Under the pieces are notes generated by a model. That model was not told the DNA's origin, did no database searches, and saw only the letters and a list, made by a program, of their open reading frames with translations. Source: Promethearchaeota archaeon (GTDB taxonomy: Archaea; Asgardarchaeota; Lokiarchaeia; Sigyniarchaeales; SOKP01). From it: a DNA stretch of 64,000 bases. A program made the translations under genes and the position numbers. The stretch is from contig JAUVNS010000007.1 in the NCBI GenBank assembly GCA_030599585.1, forward strand, positions 128,001 through 192,000. Reading direction: 5' to 3'. This document shows, piece by piece, positions 20,060 to 29,158 of the stretch (positions are counted from its first letter, which is position 1; each line of letters begins with the position of its first letter).

Positions 20060-20422
20060 TTAAAACGCAGCCCCTACCTTTCCTAAAAAATTTAATATCT
20101 CGTTACTACTTACGATAACTGTTTTATTGGCCAATCCCTCAGCAATACCTTTCACTCCGCCGAGAAATACATTAGATGGTAAACTGATATAACCATCGCA
20201 CTCAATCTCATTTAATTCTTCTACACTTCTAACATCATCAAGTATTTCTACTTGAAAATCCCCTTTTGTGATTCGTACCATGAATGCGGGTGGTACATCA
20301 GTAATCAGTACCAAAAATTGCAGATCTAAAGTCCCAAAATCTTTTTTTAATAACCCAATAGTCTTTAAGAGCCACAATCCCGAATAGATGATTGCAGGGA
20401 AGTTGGATAACTTCTCAGCCAT
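20060..20422 (-). CDS. Small SCP2 (sterol carrier protein 2)-like protein
   Basis: Pattern 'LQFLVLITD..AFMVRITKGDFQV....ECDGYISLPSNVF' resembles the SCP2 fold; 1 nt upstream of the UroD-family gene. Confidence 0.55.
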   Translation of the reverse strand: MAEKLSNFPAIIYSGLWLLKTIGLLKKDFGTLDLQFLVLITDVPPAFMVRITKGDFQVEILDDVRSVEELNEIECDGYISLPSNVFLGGVKGIAEGLANKTVIVSSNEILNFLGKVGAAF

Positions 20423-20505
20423 GTTAATTCCTTCCTAATATATTTATTTTTGTAAAGTTAGAAATATAAAATACTTTATTCTACTTATCAGAAATAAGAA
20501 GTTTA

Positions 20506-20751
20506 ATGAAAAATCCAATTATAGCTTTTGTTCATTCCTTCAGTAACCTTACGAATGACATCTCAAAATTTGCTAATAAGATTGATGCTATCAAAGACGA
20601 TATTGAAAAAGAGAAGGATTTGATTGAAAACTTGCATGGTTTTGACAAAATTTATCAGTTAGTCAATGTTCTGGCGAATTCCATCCCTTTTTCTCTCGAA
20701 TTGATAAAATCGATCGAAAAAGAATTAGCCGTTTATCAAGACGAATATTAA
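20506..20751 (+). CDS. Small hypothetical helical protein
   Basis: 81-aa acidic, heptad-like ORF with a TATA-like element ~25 nt upstream. Confidence 0.55.
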   Translation: MKNPIIAFVHSFSNLTNDISKFANKIDAIKDDIEKEKDLIENLHGFDKIYQLVNVLANSIPFSLELIKSIEKELAVYQDEY

Positions 20752-21019
20752 AGTTATAAACAAGTGTAGAAATTTAATCACTAAAAATATTCATAATTAA
20801 AAGTGTAAACTAAATTTTGGAAAAAATTTTTCGATGGGTTTCCCCATACCCTTCTATTAGTATACCCTTTTTTTAGAAATTTATACTGCATTGTAAAGAA
20901 AAGTAAATTCTTATAAAGAAAAGTAACATAACTTTTCATAAGTAAAAATGTAATAATTTTTACTAATATTTGGAAATCCAATCCAATATACAAACATTTA
21001 CAAAATATGTGATGAAAAG

Positions 21020-22375
21020 TTGGAATTTAATGAAAGAATCACAAAACTAATCGTTTCAACTGTATTAGTTCTTTTATTGTTTGGACCGTTAAATTTGGTC
21101 TTGACTCAAGAATCAAACACTATTATAGAAGAATCACCCGTATCAGCGGGAATAGTAGATATTAACATAATTGATTTAGGTACTTTACCTTATGGTGTAT
21201 TTAGTGAAGCTCGTGATATTAATAATCTCGGTGAGATTATTGGAGAAAGTGATGGATATCCTTGCTATTGGTCAATTGAGGGAGTAATTCAAAAAATAGT
21301 GTGGCCTATTAAAGCGGATAGCATAACACTTTCAGAAATAAACGATTTAAGTCAGGCTGTGGGGTGGTATGATCCATACATTATTCCTGCTCCAACATTA
21401 GGTGAGTCGCGTCCACTTATCTGGACTTCTGCGGATGGAATGACATATTTGGGAGAATTAGATGGACATGAAGGAGAAATAACTGATATTAATGATCTGG
21501 GACAAGTAGTTGGTTGGACTCATGCATTCTCCGACACTACCGATAAACATGCTTTTCTTTGGACTTCAGAAGACGAATATATAGATCTAGGAGCCCTTGG
21601 CGGGGATTATGCTTACCCTGTTGATATAAATAATCTCGGTCAGGTTGTAGGTTGGGCTGAAACATCAACTGGAGACATTCATATTTTTCTTTGGACCCCA
21701 GAAAATGGCATGACAGATCTCGGGACACTAGGATACGGTTATTGTTTTGTGAATGGTATCAATGATCAAGGGTATATTATAGGTGGTGTTGCTGACGCTC
21801 CAAAAGATCCATATCACGCTTTTTTATGGACCCAAGAAAATGGTATAGAACTCCTTGCACCATTAACTTCTTATTCTAGTGAAGCAACAGACATTAACAA
21901 CCTTGGACAAATTGTTGGTTATTATTATATCAATGAATATATGAAGACACATTGTTACGCTTTTCTTTGGACTCCAGAAAGTGGATTCATAGATCTTGGA
22001 ACGCTAGGGGGAGATTATAGTGTAGCTTGGGCGATAAATGATGTTGGACAAATTGTAGGGTATAGTTCTATTGATAATTTTTTCCCTTACGCCGTTTTAT
22101 GGGAGTTTCAGCATCCAACAGGAACCATGATTAGTGTAATTGAAGATTTGGTAGAAGCGGGCGAAATAAATGCTGGACAAGCCACAGCGTTAACGGCAAA
22201 ATTGGAATCTGCAATAGCGTTGATTGAAAAAGGTAAATTAACCCCTGCTGGTAACTTACTTCAAGCTTTTATCAATCAAATAAATAGTCTAATCGCCACG
22301 GGTGCGCTTTCTCAGGAAGAAGGAGAACCACTAATCAATTATGCACTTGAATTATTAAATATAATCTCTGAATAG
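21020..22375 (+). CDS. Secreted HAF-repeat (beta-propeller-like) protein with a C-terminal helical FIMAH-like domain
   Basis: N-terminal hydrophobic signal; ~7 repeats of 'DINNLGQVVG...HAFLWT..G.IDLG.LGG'; C-terminal 'AGNLLQAFINQINSL'. Confidence 0.85.
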   Translation: MEFNERITKLIVSTVLVLLLFGPLNLVLTQESNTIIEESPVSAGIVDINIIDLGTLPYGVFSEARDINNLGEIIGESDGYPCYWSIEGVIQKIVWPIKADSITLSEINDLSQAVGWYDPYIIPAPTLGESRPLIWTSADGMTYLGELDGHEGEITDINDLGQVVGWTHAFSDTTDKHAFLWTSEDEYIDLGALGGDYAYPVDINNLGQVVGWAETSTGDIHIFLWTPENGMTDLGTLGYGYCFVNGINDQGYIIGGVADAPKDPYHAFLWTQENGIELLAPLTSYSSEATDINNLGQIVGYYYINEYMKTHCYAFLWTPESGFIDLGTLGGDYSVAWAINDVGQIVGYSSIDNFFPYAVLWEFQHPTGTMISVIEDLVEAGEINAGQATALTAKLESAIALIEKGKLTPAGNLLQAFINQINSLIATGALSQEEGEPLINYALELLNIISE

Positions 22376-22545
22376 ACATAGTGTTGTAAGATTTTCTCAA
22401 ATTTTAAATTATTTTTTTTTATTTTCTTTTTTAAGGTCTCTCTCTTTTATTATTTCAATTTAAATACCTTTTTCTTCCATACTATTATTGTCATGTCAGC
22501 TATTGATAGTTAAGATTACTCCTATTAAAAAGTCAAATAATATCA

Positions 22546-24165
22546 ATGAGCATGCATATAAATCGAATAACGATGCTAGGAAATTTTGGATGGAAGTTTG
22601 ATTATCCTTCTAGAAGAATACCAGTGTTAGCAAAAAATATTGTTTCTACATCCCAACCTCTTGCTTGCCAAGCCGGACTAAGTATGCTAAGAAAGGGAGG
22701 AAACGCTATAGATGCTGCCTTGGCAACTGCTATAACTCTTACGGTGGTCGAACCAGTTAATAATGGTATTGGAAGCGATGCATTTGCAATCGTTTTTGAT
22801 GGAAAGAAATTAAATGGTTTAAACGCTTCGGGTAAATCTCCTGCTGCGTGGACCGTAGACCATTTTTCTAAATACAAAACCATGCCCCTTTTAGGATGGG
22901 ATTCAGTGACAATTCCCGGGGCGGTATCAGCGTGGGTTGCTCTCTCTAAAAAATATGGGCAATTGAATTTCAAGGATTTATTTGAGCCAGCAATTCATTA
23001 CGCTGAGAATGGATTTTTAGTATCACCTATAACAGCAAAATTGTGGAACCAATTAGCTATAATGTATAAATCACAGAAATTTCCAGATTTTCACGAGATT
23101 TTTCTTCCTACTGGGAAGGCTCCAAAACCTGGAGAGTTGTTTAAAAATCCAAACCAAGCAGCGACCTTAAAAAAGATCGCAGAAACAGAAGGAGAATCTT
23201 TTTATAGCGGAGAGTTGGCAAAAAAACTCGTAGATCACGCTACTAACACTGGTGGATTGATAACACTTGAGGATTTAGAAAACCACGAAGCAACCTGGGA
23301 AAACACAATAACAATGGAATATAAAGGTTTAACTTTACATGAATTACCTCCTAACGGTCAAGGATTAGCTGCGCTTATAATGTTAGGGATATTAAAAAAC
23401 TTTGATCTAAGCCAATATAAACCTGATTCTCCCCAAGCAATACACTTACAAATGGAAGCAATGAAACTAGCTTTTTCCGACGTATATCGCTATATTTCTG
23501 ATCAAAGTCATTTAGAATTTGACCCTTCTCTGATGTTATCTTCTAATTATCTAGAGGAGAGAGCAAAATTAATTAACATAAATAGAGCTCAACAATTCAA
23601 TTTCGGGGTCCCTCAAACAGGGGATACCGTATATCTTACTACTGCTGATGCTGAGGGAATGATGGTATCTTTCATTCAATCCAATTACATGGGATTTGGG
23701 TCGGGAATAGTAATACCTGGTACTGGTATCAGTCTTCAAAATAGAGGTAATGGATTCAATTTAAGTGAAGGGCATCCTAACCAAGTTGGACCGGAAAAGC
23801 GTCCATATCACACAATTATCCCTGCATTTGTAACTAAAAGGGATGTCCCAGTAATGAGTTTCGGTGTTATGGGGGGATCAATGCAACCCCAAGGCCATGC
23901 TCAAATGATGATCAGAATTTTTGAGTATCAACAAAACCCTCAAACAGCAGTCGATGCACCAAGGTGGCGAATAATGCAAGGACTTAAAGTTAATCTTGAA
24001 ACTGGTTTTAATAAAGAAACACAAGAACATATTAAAAAAATGGGTCATCAAGTATATAAGGGACATTATTTCGAATTTGGTGGTGCTCAGATCATCTATA
24101 AGCTCGATGATGGATATCTAGCTGCCTCGGATCCTAGAAAGGATGGTCAAGCGGTAGGCTATTAA
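22546..24165 (+). CDS. ggt: Gamma-glutamyltransferase family protein (start may be 22573)
   Basis: 'GGNAIDAALA', 'NGIGSDAF', 'ELPPNGQG', nucleophile 'GDTVYLTTAD', 'KRPYHTIIP', 'SDPRKDG'. Confidence 0.95.
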   Translation: MSMHINRITMLGNFGWKFDYPSRRIPVLAKNIVSTSQPLACQAGLSMLRKGGNAIDAALATAITLTVVEPVNNGIGSDAFAIVFDGKKLNGLNASGKSPAAWTVDHFSKYKTMPLLGWDSVTIPGAVSAWVALSKKYGQLNFKDLFEPAIHYAENGFLVSPITAKLWNQLAIMYKSQKFPDFHEIFLPTGKAPKPGELFKNPNQAATLKKIAETEGESFYSGELAKKLVDHATNTGGLITLEDLENHEATWENTITMEYKGLTLHELPPNGQGLAALIMLGILKNFDLSQYKPDSPQAIHLQMEAMKLAFSDVYRYISDQSHLEFDPSLMLSSNYLEERAKLININRAQQFNFGVPQTGDTVYLTTADAEGMMVSFIQSNYMGFGSGIVIPGTGISLQNRGNGFNLSEGHPNQVGPEKRPYHTIIPAFVTKRDVPVMSFGVMGGSMQPQGHAQMMIRIFEYQQNPQTAVDAPRWRIMQGLKVNLETGFNKETQEHIKKMGHQVYKGHYFEFGGAQIIYKLDDGYLAASDPRKDGQAVGY

Positions 24166-24284
24166 ATTAAATTAATTTTTAACTTGTTCGTAATCGTGAT
24201 ATATACGTTATTGCTATTAGAGTTATTTTAAATAAGTAGAGTTTATTATATTGATATTATCCAAAATATTAAATTTGATTTTAC

Positions 24285-24833
24285 ATGTCTGGTAGAACTG
24301 AAAGAATTTTTAAATTAGCCGTTTTAGGTAATTCTGCTGTCGGAAAAACATCATTAATTAATCAATATATTCATCAGAAGTTTGAACAAGATTATCATCC
24401 TTCTCTGGGAGTTAATATTGTTATAAAAGAGATGGATGTTGAAGAAAAAAATGCTCATGTTAAAATGATACTCTGGGATATAGCAGGCCAGGAGAAATAT
24501 GATTTATCGCGAAAAGCGTTTTTTCAAGGTTGCGTTGGAGCCTTATTTGTGTATGATGTAACTCGACCAGTTACATTTAAGGATGTAGAATCCAAGTGGC
24601 TTAAAGAATTAACAGAATTTGGAAATAAGAATGTGGCGTATCTTTTAATTGGCAATAAAAATGATTTACTCGATGAAAAGATGGTTTCAACAAAAGATGG
24701 TGAAAAATTAGCAAATAAAATGAAGGCCAGCGAATTTATCGAGACGAGTGCTAAACATGGAGCTAATGTTGAAAAAGCCTTTAAAACTCTTGTTCTTAGC
24801 GTAATCTCTAATAAGGAAAAAGTAAAAGCTTGA
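24285..24833 (+). CDS. Rab-like small GTPase (Ras superfamily)
   Basis: G1 'GNSAVGKTS', G3 'WDIAGQE', G4 'NKND', G5 'ETSAK', 'LFVYDVT'. Confidence 0.93.
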   Translation: MSGRTERIFKLAVLGNSAVGKTSLINQYIHQKFEQDYHPSLGVNIVIKEMDVEEKNAHVKMILWDIAGQEKYDLSRKAFFQGCVGALFVYDVTRPVTFKDVESKWLKELTEFGNKNVAYLLIGNKNDLLDEKMVSTKDGEKLANKMKASEFIETSAKHGANVEKAFKTLVLSVISNKEKVKA

Positions 24834-24888
24834 TTTATAAAAATTAGTTATTTTTCCCATGTATTCATGATTACACAAGTATTTATCG

Positions 24889-25797
24889 TTATATATCTCG
24901 AAATTCAAAAGCAGAAAAAATTTTTTTTATTTTTTCTTTTTCGTGGACATCAAGCCACTTAGAATAAGTATATTGTAAGGTTTTTCCTATGGAATAAACT
25001 TTTGGATGCCATAATGGATTATAAGGCAACAATTCAATCTTCTTAATTCCTAAATTCTCTAAATAATTCGCCCATTGATTAAGATTTTTGTCATTGACGG
25101 TAATTTTAGGAATTAATGGAATGCGGGGCAATATCTCAACTGATTTTGATTCTAATAAAGCAGTAAAATTTTCGAAAATCTTTTTGTTTGAGATTCCGCA
25201 GTATTTCATGTGAAGCTTTTCATCAAAAATTTTCAAATCAAAATAAATTAGATCGATAAAGGGAAGGATACGCTCGAAAAAAATCTCTTTATTAAACAAA
25301 CCACATGTTTCTAAACATACGTGGATGTTATTAGATTTAACTTGTTTAAGGAATGAATGGAGAAATGGCATCTGATAGGTTGCTTCTCCACCTGAAAGAG
25401 TTATTCCTCCATTTGAATTTTCAAAAAATGGCTTGTCGATTAAAATTGTTTCAAGTAGTTCCTTAACTGTATATAAAGTCCCCACAAACTTCAGAGCTTT
25501 AGTCTTACATTGCGAGATACATTTTCCACAGTAAGTGCATTTTTCGATTACTAATGGAAAATTTAACGAAAAATTAATAGCATCTTCCGGACAAATCTCA
25601 ACACAATCGTAGCAGGCTAGGCAATCCTCAGGACTATAAGATATCTCTTGTTTTAATTGTATACATTCAGGATTTTGGCACCAAATGCAAGATAACGGGC
25701 ACCCTTTAAAGAATATAACTGTTCGAATGCCTGGACCATCATCTAATGAATTTCTTTTAAGATTAGTTATAAATCCTTTCATTCCTAGATCTAGCAT
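24889..25797 (-). CDS. Glycyl-radical enzyme activating protein with 2x[4Fe-4S] insertion
   Basis: 'DDGPGIRTVIFFKGCPLSCIWCQNPE', ferredoxin motifs 'CLACYDCVEIC' and 'CTYCGKCISQC', 'SGGE'. Confidence 0.95.
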   Translation of the reverse strand: MLDLGMKGFITNLKRNSLDDGPGIRTVIFFKGCPLSCIWCQNPECIQLKQEISYSPEDCLACYDCVEICPEDAINFSLNFPLVIEKCTYCGKCISQCKTKALKFVGTLYTVKELLETILIDKPFFENSNGGITLSGGEATYQMPFLHSFLKQVKSNNIHVCLETCGLFNKEIFFERILPFIDLIYFDLKIFDEKLHMKYCGISNKKIFENFTALLESKSVEILPRIPLIPKITVNDKNLNQWANYLENLGIKKIELLPYNPLWHPKVYSIGKTLQYTYSKWLDVHEKEKIKKIFSAFEFRDI

Positions 25798-25820
25798 GCT
25801 ATAAAGAGATTAGATATTAA

Positions 25821-28799
25821 TTAATGCGTGTGAAATTCCGTTCTATTAATTAGTTCAAGTTGGAGCTCTTTATTTAAATCGACAAAATAGGCGTTGTATC
25901 CAGAAATTCTGACCATTAACCAACGATAATTTTCAGGTTGAACCATCGCATCCTTTAAAGTATCGGATGATACTACGTTGAATTGCATCTGCATACCACC
26001 TAAATCAAAGTAGCTCTGAGTATATCCTCGAAAGTAGTTGATTGTTTCTTCATGAGTATCTTTAGGATCGGGTACTAATTTAACATTAAAAGCAAGATTA
26101 TTAGGCATTTTTTCGCTGTCTAATGCAGCCACCGCTCTTATATTCTCAATTAAAACATCTCTATCACTTGGAACAGGGGTTAATCCTGGCGTGAACGGTT
26201 TAAAGGCTTTTCTCCCATTGGGTAAAGCTCCAGAAACATTGCCAAAAGCAACATGATTACTCATACTCCAAAATCCTACTAGATATTTACCACCACGATA
26301 ATTATCAAACGAATAAAAATCGTCATACACGTAATCTATAACCTCTTGGCCTAATTGAATCGTTTGTGAGCCATCAGTTCCAAACTTTGGTATTGATTTG
26401 ATTCTTTTTAACAATAATTCCCCTTCTGGAGATGAAAAATTATTTTTTACATGATCATTGAAAACACTAAAATCAATTTCTTTTCTATCGTATACCAACG
26501 TTTTAACAACATTCAATGTATCAATAATATCAGCGAGTCCAATCATTGCTACACCTGAAGTGTTATAAATGGCACCTCCATCGACTAAATCAATCCCTTT
26601 TTCCATTGGTCCCTCAAATAACGAACTTAATAAGGGTGATGGATGTAAATCTTGATGTGCTCTTCCTAAGAGATTATTATATTCTACACTTTTTTCAATC
26701 ATAAAGTGAAGTTGTTGTTTGAAAGCGTTCAGAAAATCATTATTGTTTTTAAAATCACCAACTTCGCCAGTATTTGGGCCAAATCTCTTATGATTACTAA
26801 CAACAGGATGAAACCCATTATTAAGTGTCATTTCCATAGCAGCTATTGTATTAAACATCATGCAATTGGTATGACCAAAATGTTTTCCGCAAATTGTTGG
26901 CTCAACACAGCCAGTTGCAGCCCAAGTCCTTGCATCTTCCAGCTTTATACCAACTTTTGTCAGAGCATTAATCATTTGGATATCGTTATGAATTGAAGGC
27001 GTGGCATAAGTATTAATATTAACCTCAAGGATTCGATCCAAATATTCTTTCGAATTCACTCCCGGAAAATAACGAGCATTTAAATTTGGATCTCTCAAGG
27101 TTAGCATTTCTGTTACTTTTAAAATTATAAATGTCATATCACAAACTGCAGAATTACCCTCTTTATCAACACCACCAACTGTGAGAGCAAAATCTTGGCT
27201 ACTCCCCCCAAATAGATAATTTCCAACATCTGGAACTAAGGGAGCTTGATCTGAAACACGGAGAAAGAAACAACCCATTAATTCTATTGCTTTCTTAATA
27301 TACTCCTCTTTTTGCTTATCTGATGTGATTTTTTCCATATCACTTTCAAAATATGGTTGTAACCAATGATCTAAACGACCAAGTGACAACCCCATATGGG
27401 CATTCTCTTGAGTTAGGGCAATCCACATTATCCAAATTGAGATGATTGCTTCTTCAAGGGATTTAGGTGGTTCAGCAGGTACTTTCGACAATAGTTCTCC
27501 TAAGTGAAGTAATTCCTGTTTTCTCAATTTCAACATTTCTGAAGCATTTTGTTCCTCGATTGTATCTGCTTTATGTACTGCTTCATTTGCTAAATTTTTT
27601 GTATAATTTAAAACACCAATTAACGCTAATTGGATTCCTTTATAGAAATCTTCTTTTATTGAATCAGTTGTTTCTTTTTCTTTAGAAATTGCTTCATTCA
27701 ATAACTCAATTATCCCCTTTTTTAGAAAATCAGGAAATCCAGGAATGGTGTGGGAAATTGCTTGAGTTTTCCACATAAAATAAAATACAAAATGTTCATC
27801 CATTTGTTGAGATAAGGGATTACCACTTTTGGTTCTAACGTATTCTCTAATATTTCTATCCATCCAAAAAGGAAAAACTTCATTATCTAAAATATCAATC
27901 GCTTCTTGATCTATTAGATGGGGGTTTAATTCGCGATTATCAATTGAATAAAGTTCAGGCCAGAAAAACATAGCCCCAAATTCGGGATATATCATTGTAC
28001 CTAATCGTTTAGTTGTTGAAGTACCTGGTAAATAATCCCAATCTTGAATTAAAGGCTTTTTTCTAGAAAGAATATAGTTGACTATTTTCCCCATTTTCAA
28101 GCCAGGATGATCAGTATTTCCATCTTCTGGCGTATAACCTTCTTTTTTACAAATTTCGGTAATTAATTTAGATCTTTCTGGGCAAACTTCAAGTTTAGAG
28201 ACTGAACGTACATATTTCAAATAGTTTAATCTTTCAAAATCTTTTAGCTTGTATTTTCCTAAGTAAAGATCGTCTAAGTATTTCACATTATCAGTTTTAT
28301 AATTTAGTATGGTATTTTTCATATGTTCTGTTCCAGAAGAGAAATCTTCAAATTGTTCAAATGGGATAATATCTTCTTTTTGGATATTCTGAATTCGTTC
28401 ATCGTAGGCGTCTTTATGTTTTAACAAAACATATGTCATTAAAAAGAAGAATTTAGTCATGTGACTCATGTTTCCAATCGTATGGATTTTATTTTTCAAA
28501 AGCATATTTACAATTTCTTCTGGTTTGCTTCGAGGAAGCTTCCCCAAATCTTTTACTTTTTTATATTTTAAGGTGAGCGTTGGGTTTTCGATAGTTTCTT
28601 CAATAATTTCGATATTTCCATTATTGAAAATTATTGAGACACTTTGATTCTCATCTTCTTCAGCTGTAAAGAGTAATCTTGCGTTGAAAACAAAATTTGT
28701 CTCTTGATTATAAATTTCTTTGTTATATTCCGGATTTTCATCAATCATCTGTTTAAGTAATCTAAAAACATTCGCAATTTTACTTCTTACTTTCGGCAT
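25821..28799 (-). CDS. Glycyl radical enzyme (PFL2/dehydratase-lyase type) with an N-terminal SCP2-like domain
   Basis: Cys loop 'ATGCVEP', Gly loop 'MVRISGYNAYF', 'SLGRLD', 'LPNGRKA'; ~170 extra N-terminal residues. Confidence 0.9.
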   Translation of the reverse strand: MPKVRSKIANVFRLLKQMIDENPEYNKEIYNQETNFVFNARLLFTAEEDENQSVSIIFNNGNIEIIEETIENPTLTLKYKKVKDLGKLPRSKPEEIVNMLLKNKIHTIGNMSHMTKFFFLMTYVLLKHKDAYDERIQNIQKEDIIPFEQFEDFSSGTEHMKNTILNYKTDNVKYLDDLYLGKYKLKDFERLNYLKYVRSVSKLEVCPERSKLITEICKKEGYTPEDGNTDHPGLKMGKIVNYILSRKKPLIQDWDYLPGTSTTKRLGTMIYPEFGAMFFWPELYSIDNRELNPHLIDQEAIDILDNEVFPFWMDRNIREYVRTKSGNPLSQQMDEHFVFYFMWKTQAISHTIPGFPDFLKKGIIELLNEAISKEKETTDSIKEDFYKGIQLALIGVLNYTKNLANEAVHKADTIEEQNASEMLKLRKQELLHLGELLSKVPAEPPKSLEEAIISIWIMWIALTQENAHMGLSLGRLDHWLQPYFESDMEKITSDKQKEEYIKKAIELMGCFFLRVSDQAPLVPDVGNYLFGGSSQDFALTVGGVDKEGNSAVCDMTFIILKVTEMLTLRDPNLNARYFPGVNSKEYLDRILEVNINTYATPSIHNDIQMINALTKVGIKLEDARTWAATGCVEPTICGKHFGHTNCMMFNTIAAMEMTLNNGFHPVVSNHKRFGPNTGEVGDFKNNNDFLNAFKQQLHFMIEKSVEYNNLLGRAHQDLHPSPLLSSLFEGPMEKGIDLVDGGAIYNTSGVAMIGLADIIDTLNVVKTLVYDRKEIDFSVFNDHVKNNFSSPEGELLLKRIKSIPKFGTDGSQTIQLGQEVIDYVYDDFYSFDNYRGGKYLVGFWSMSNHVAFGNVSGALPNGRKAFKPFTPGLTPVPSDRDVLIENIRAVAALDSEKMPNNLAFNVKLVPDPKDTHEETINYFRGYTQSYFDLGGMQMQFNVVSSDTLKDAMVQPENYRWLMVRISGYNAYFVDLNKELQLELINRTEFHTH

Positions 28800-28885
28800 G
28801 TAATTTTACACCTAACTTTTTTGTATTTATTTTTATATAAATTTTTTAATCTAATAAAATTGACTTTATAAATTCAGCTTCTTAA

Positions 28886-29125
28886 TTATTTCTCCCACGA
28901 CTTCATAATAACGTGGGTATTTGAAACTGTTATTCCCTGAATTAAATCGATCTTCTCAGAAAAAATGTCGAATAATTGTTCCGATGTTTCTACTTCAATT
29001 TCAGCCATTAGATCGTAATCTCCAGTTAAAGACATGACTTTCTTAATTTCTGGTATGGCTTTCAGCTCCTCTATTACTTTCTTGATTACATTAATGCCTA
29101 ATTTACACAATATTATTGCTCTCAT
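28886..29125 (-). CDS. Stand-alone Lrp/AsnC ligand-binding (RAM) domain protein
   Basis: 'LKAIPEIKKVMSLTGDYDLMAEI...ITVSNTHVI'; no HTH. Confidence 0.88.
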   Translation of the reverse strand: MRAIILCKLGINVIKKVIEELKAIPEIKKVMSLTGDYDLMAEIEVETSEQLFDIFSEKIDLIQGITVSNTHVIMKSWEK

Positions 29126-29158
29126 TAATATGCTCTCACCTCTTTTTCATTAATTATC

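Noticed and set aside
20781-20993. 70-aa minus-strand ORF; likewise 57622-57849 and 62702-62944
   Set aside because: F/K/I/Y-rich translations of AT-rich promoter DNA, or overlaps with real genes.
22546-24165. GGT as the CapD partner of the CapA-like genes (poly-gamma-glutamate capsule)
   Set aside because: It is 35 kb away, has no signal peptide, and capB/capC are missing.
25821-28799. Calling the GRE pyruvate formate-lyase or an alkyl/benzylsuccinate synthase
   Set aside because: It lacks the adjacent Cys-Cys of PFL, and no small fumarate-adding subunits flank it.
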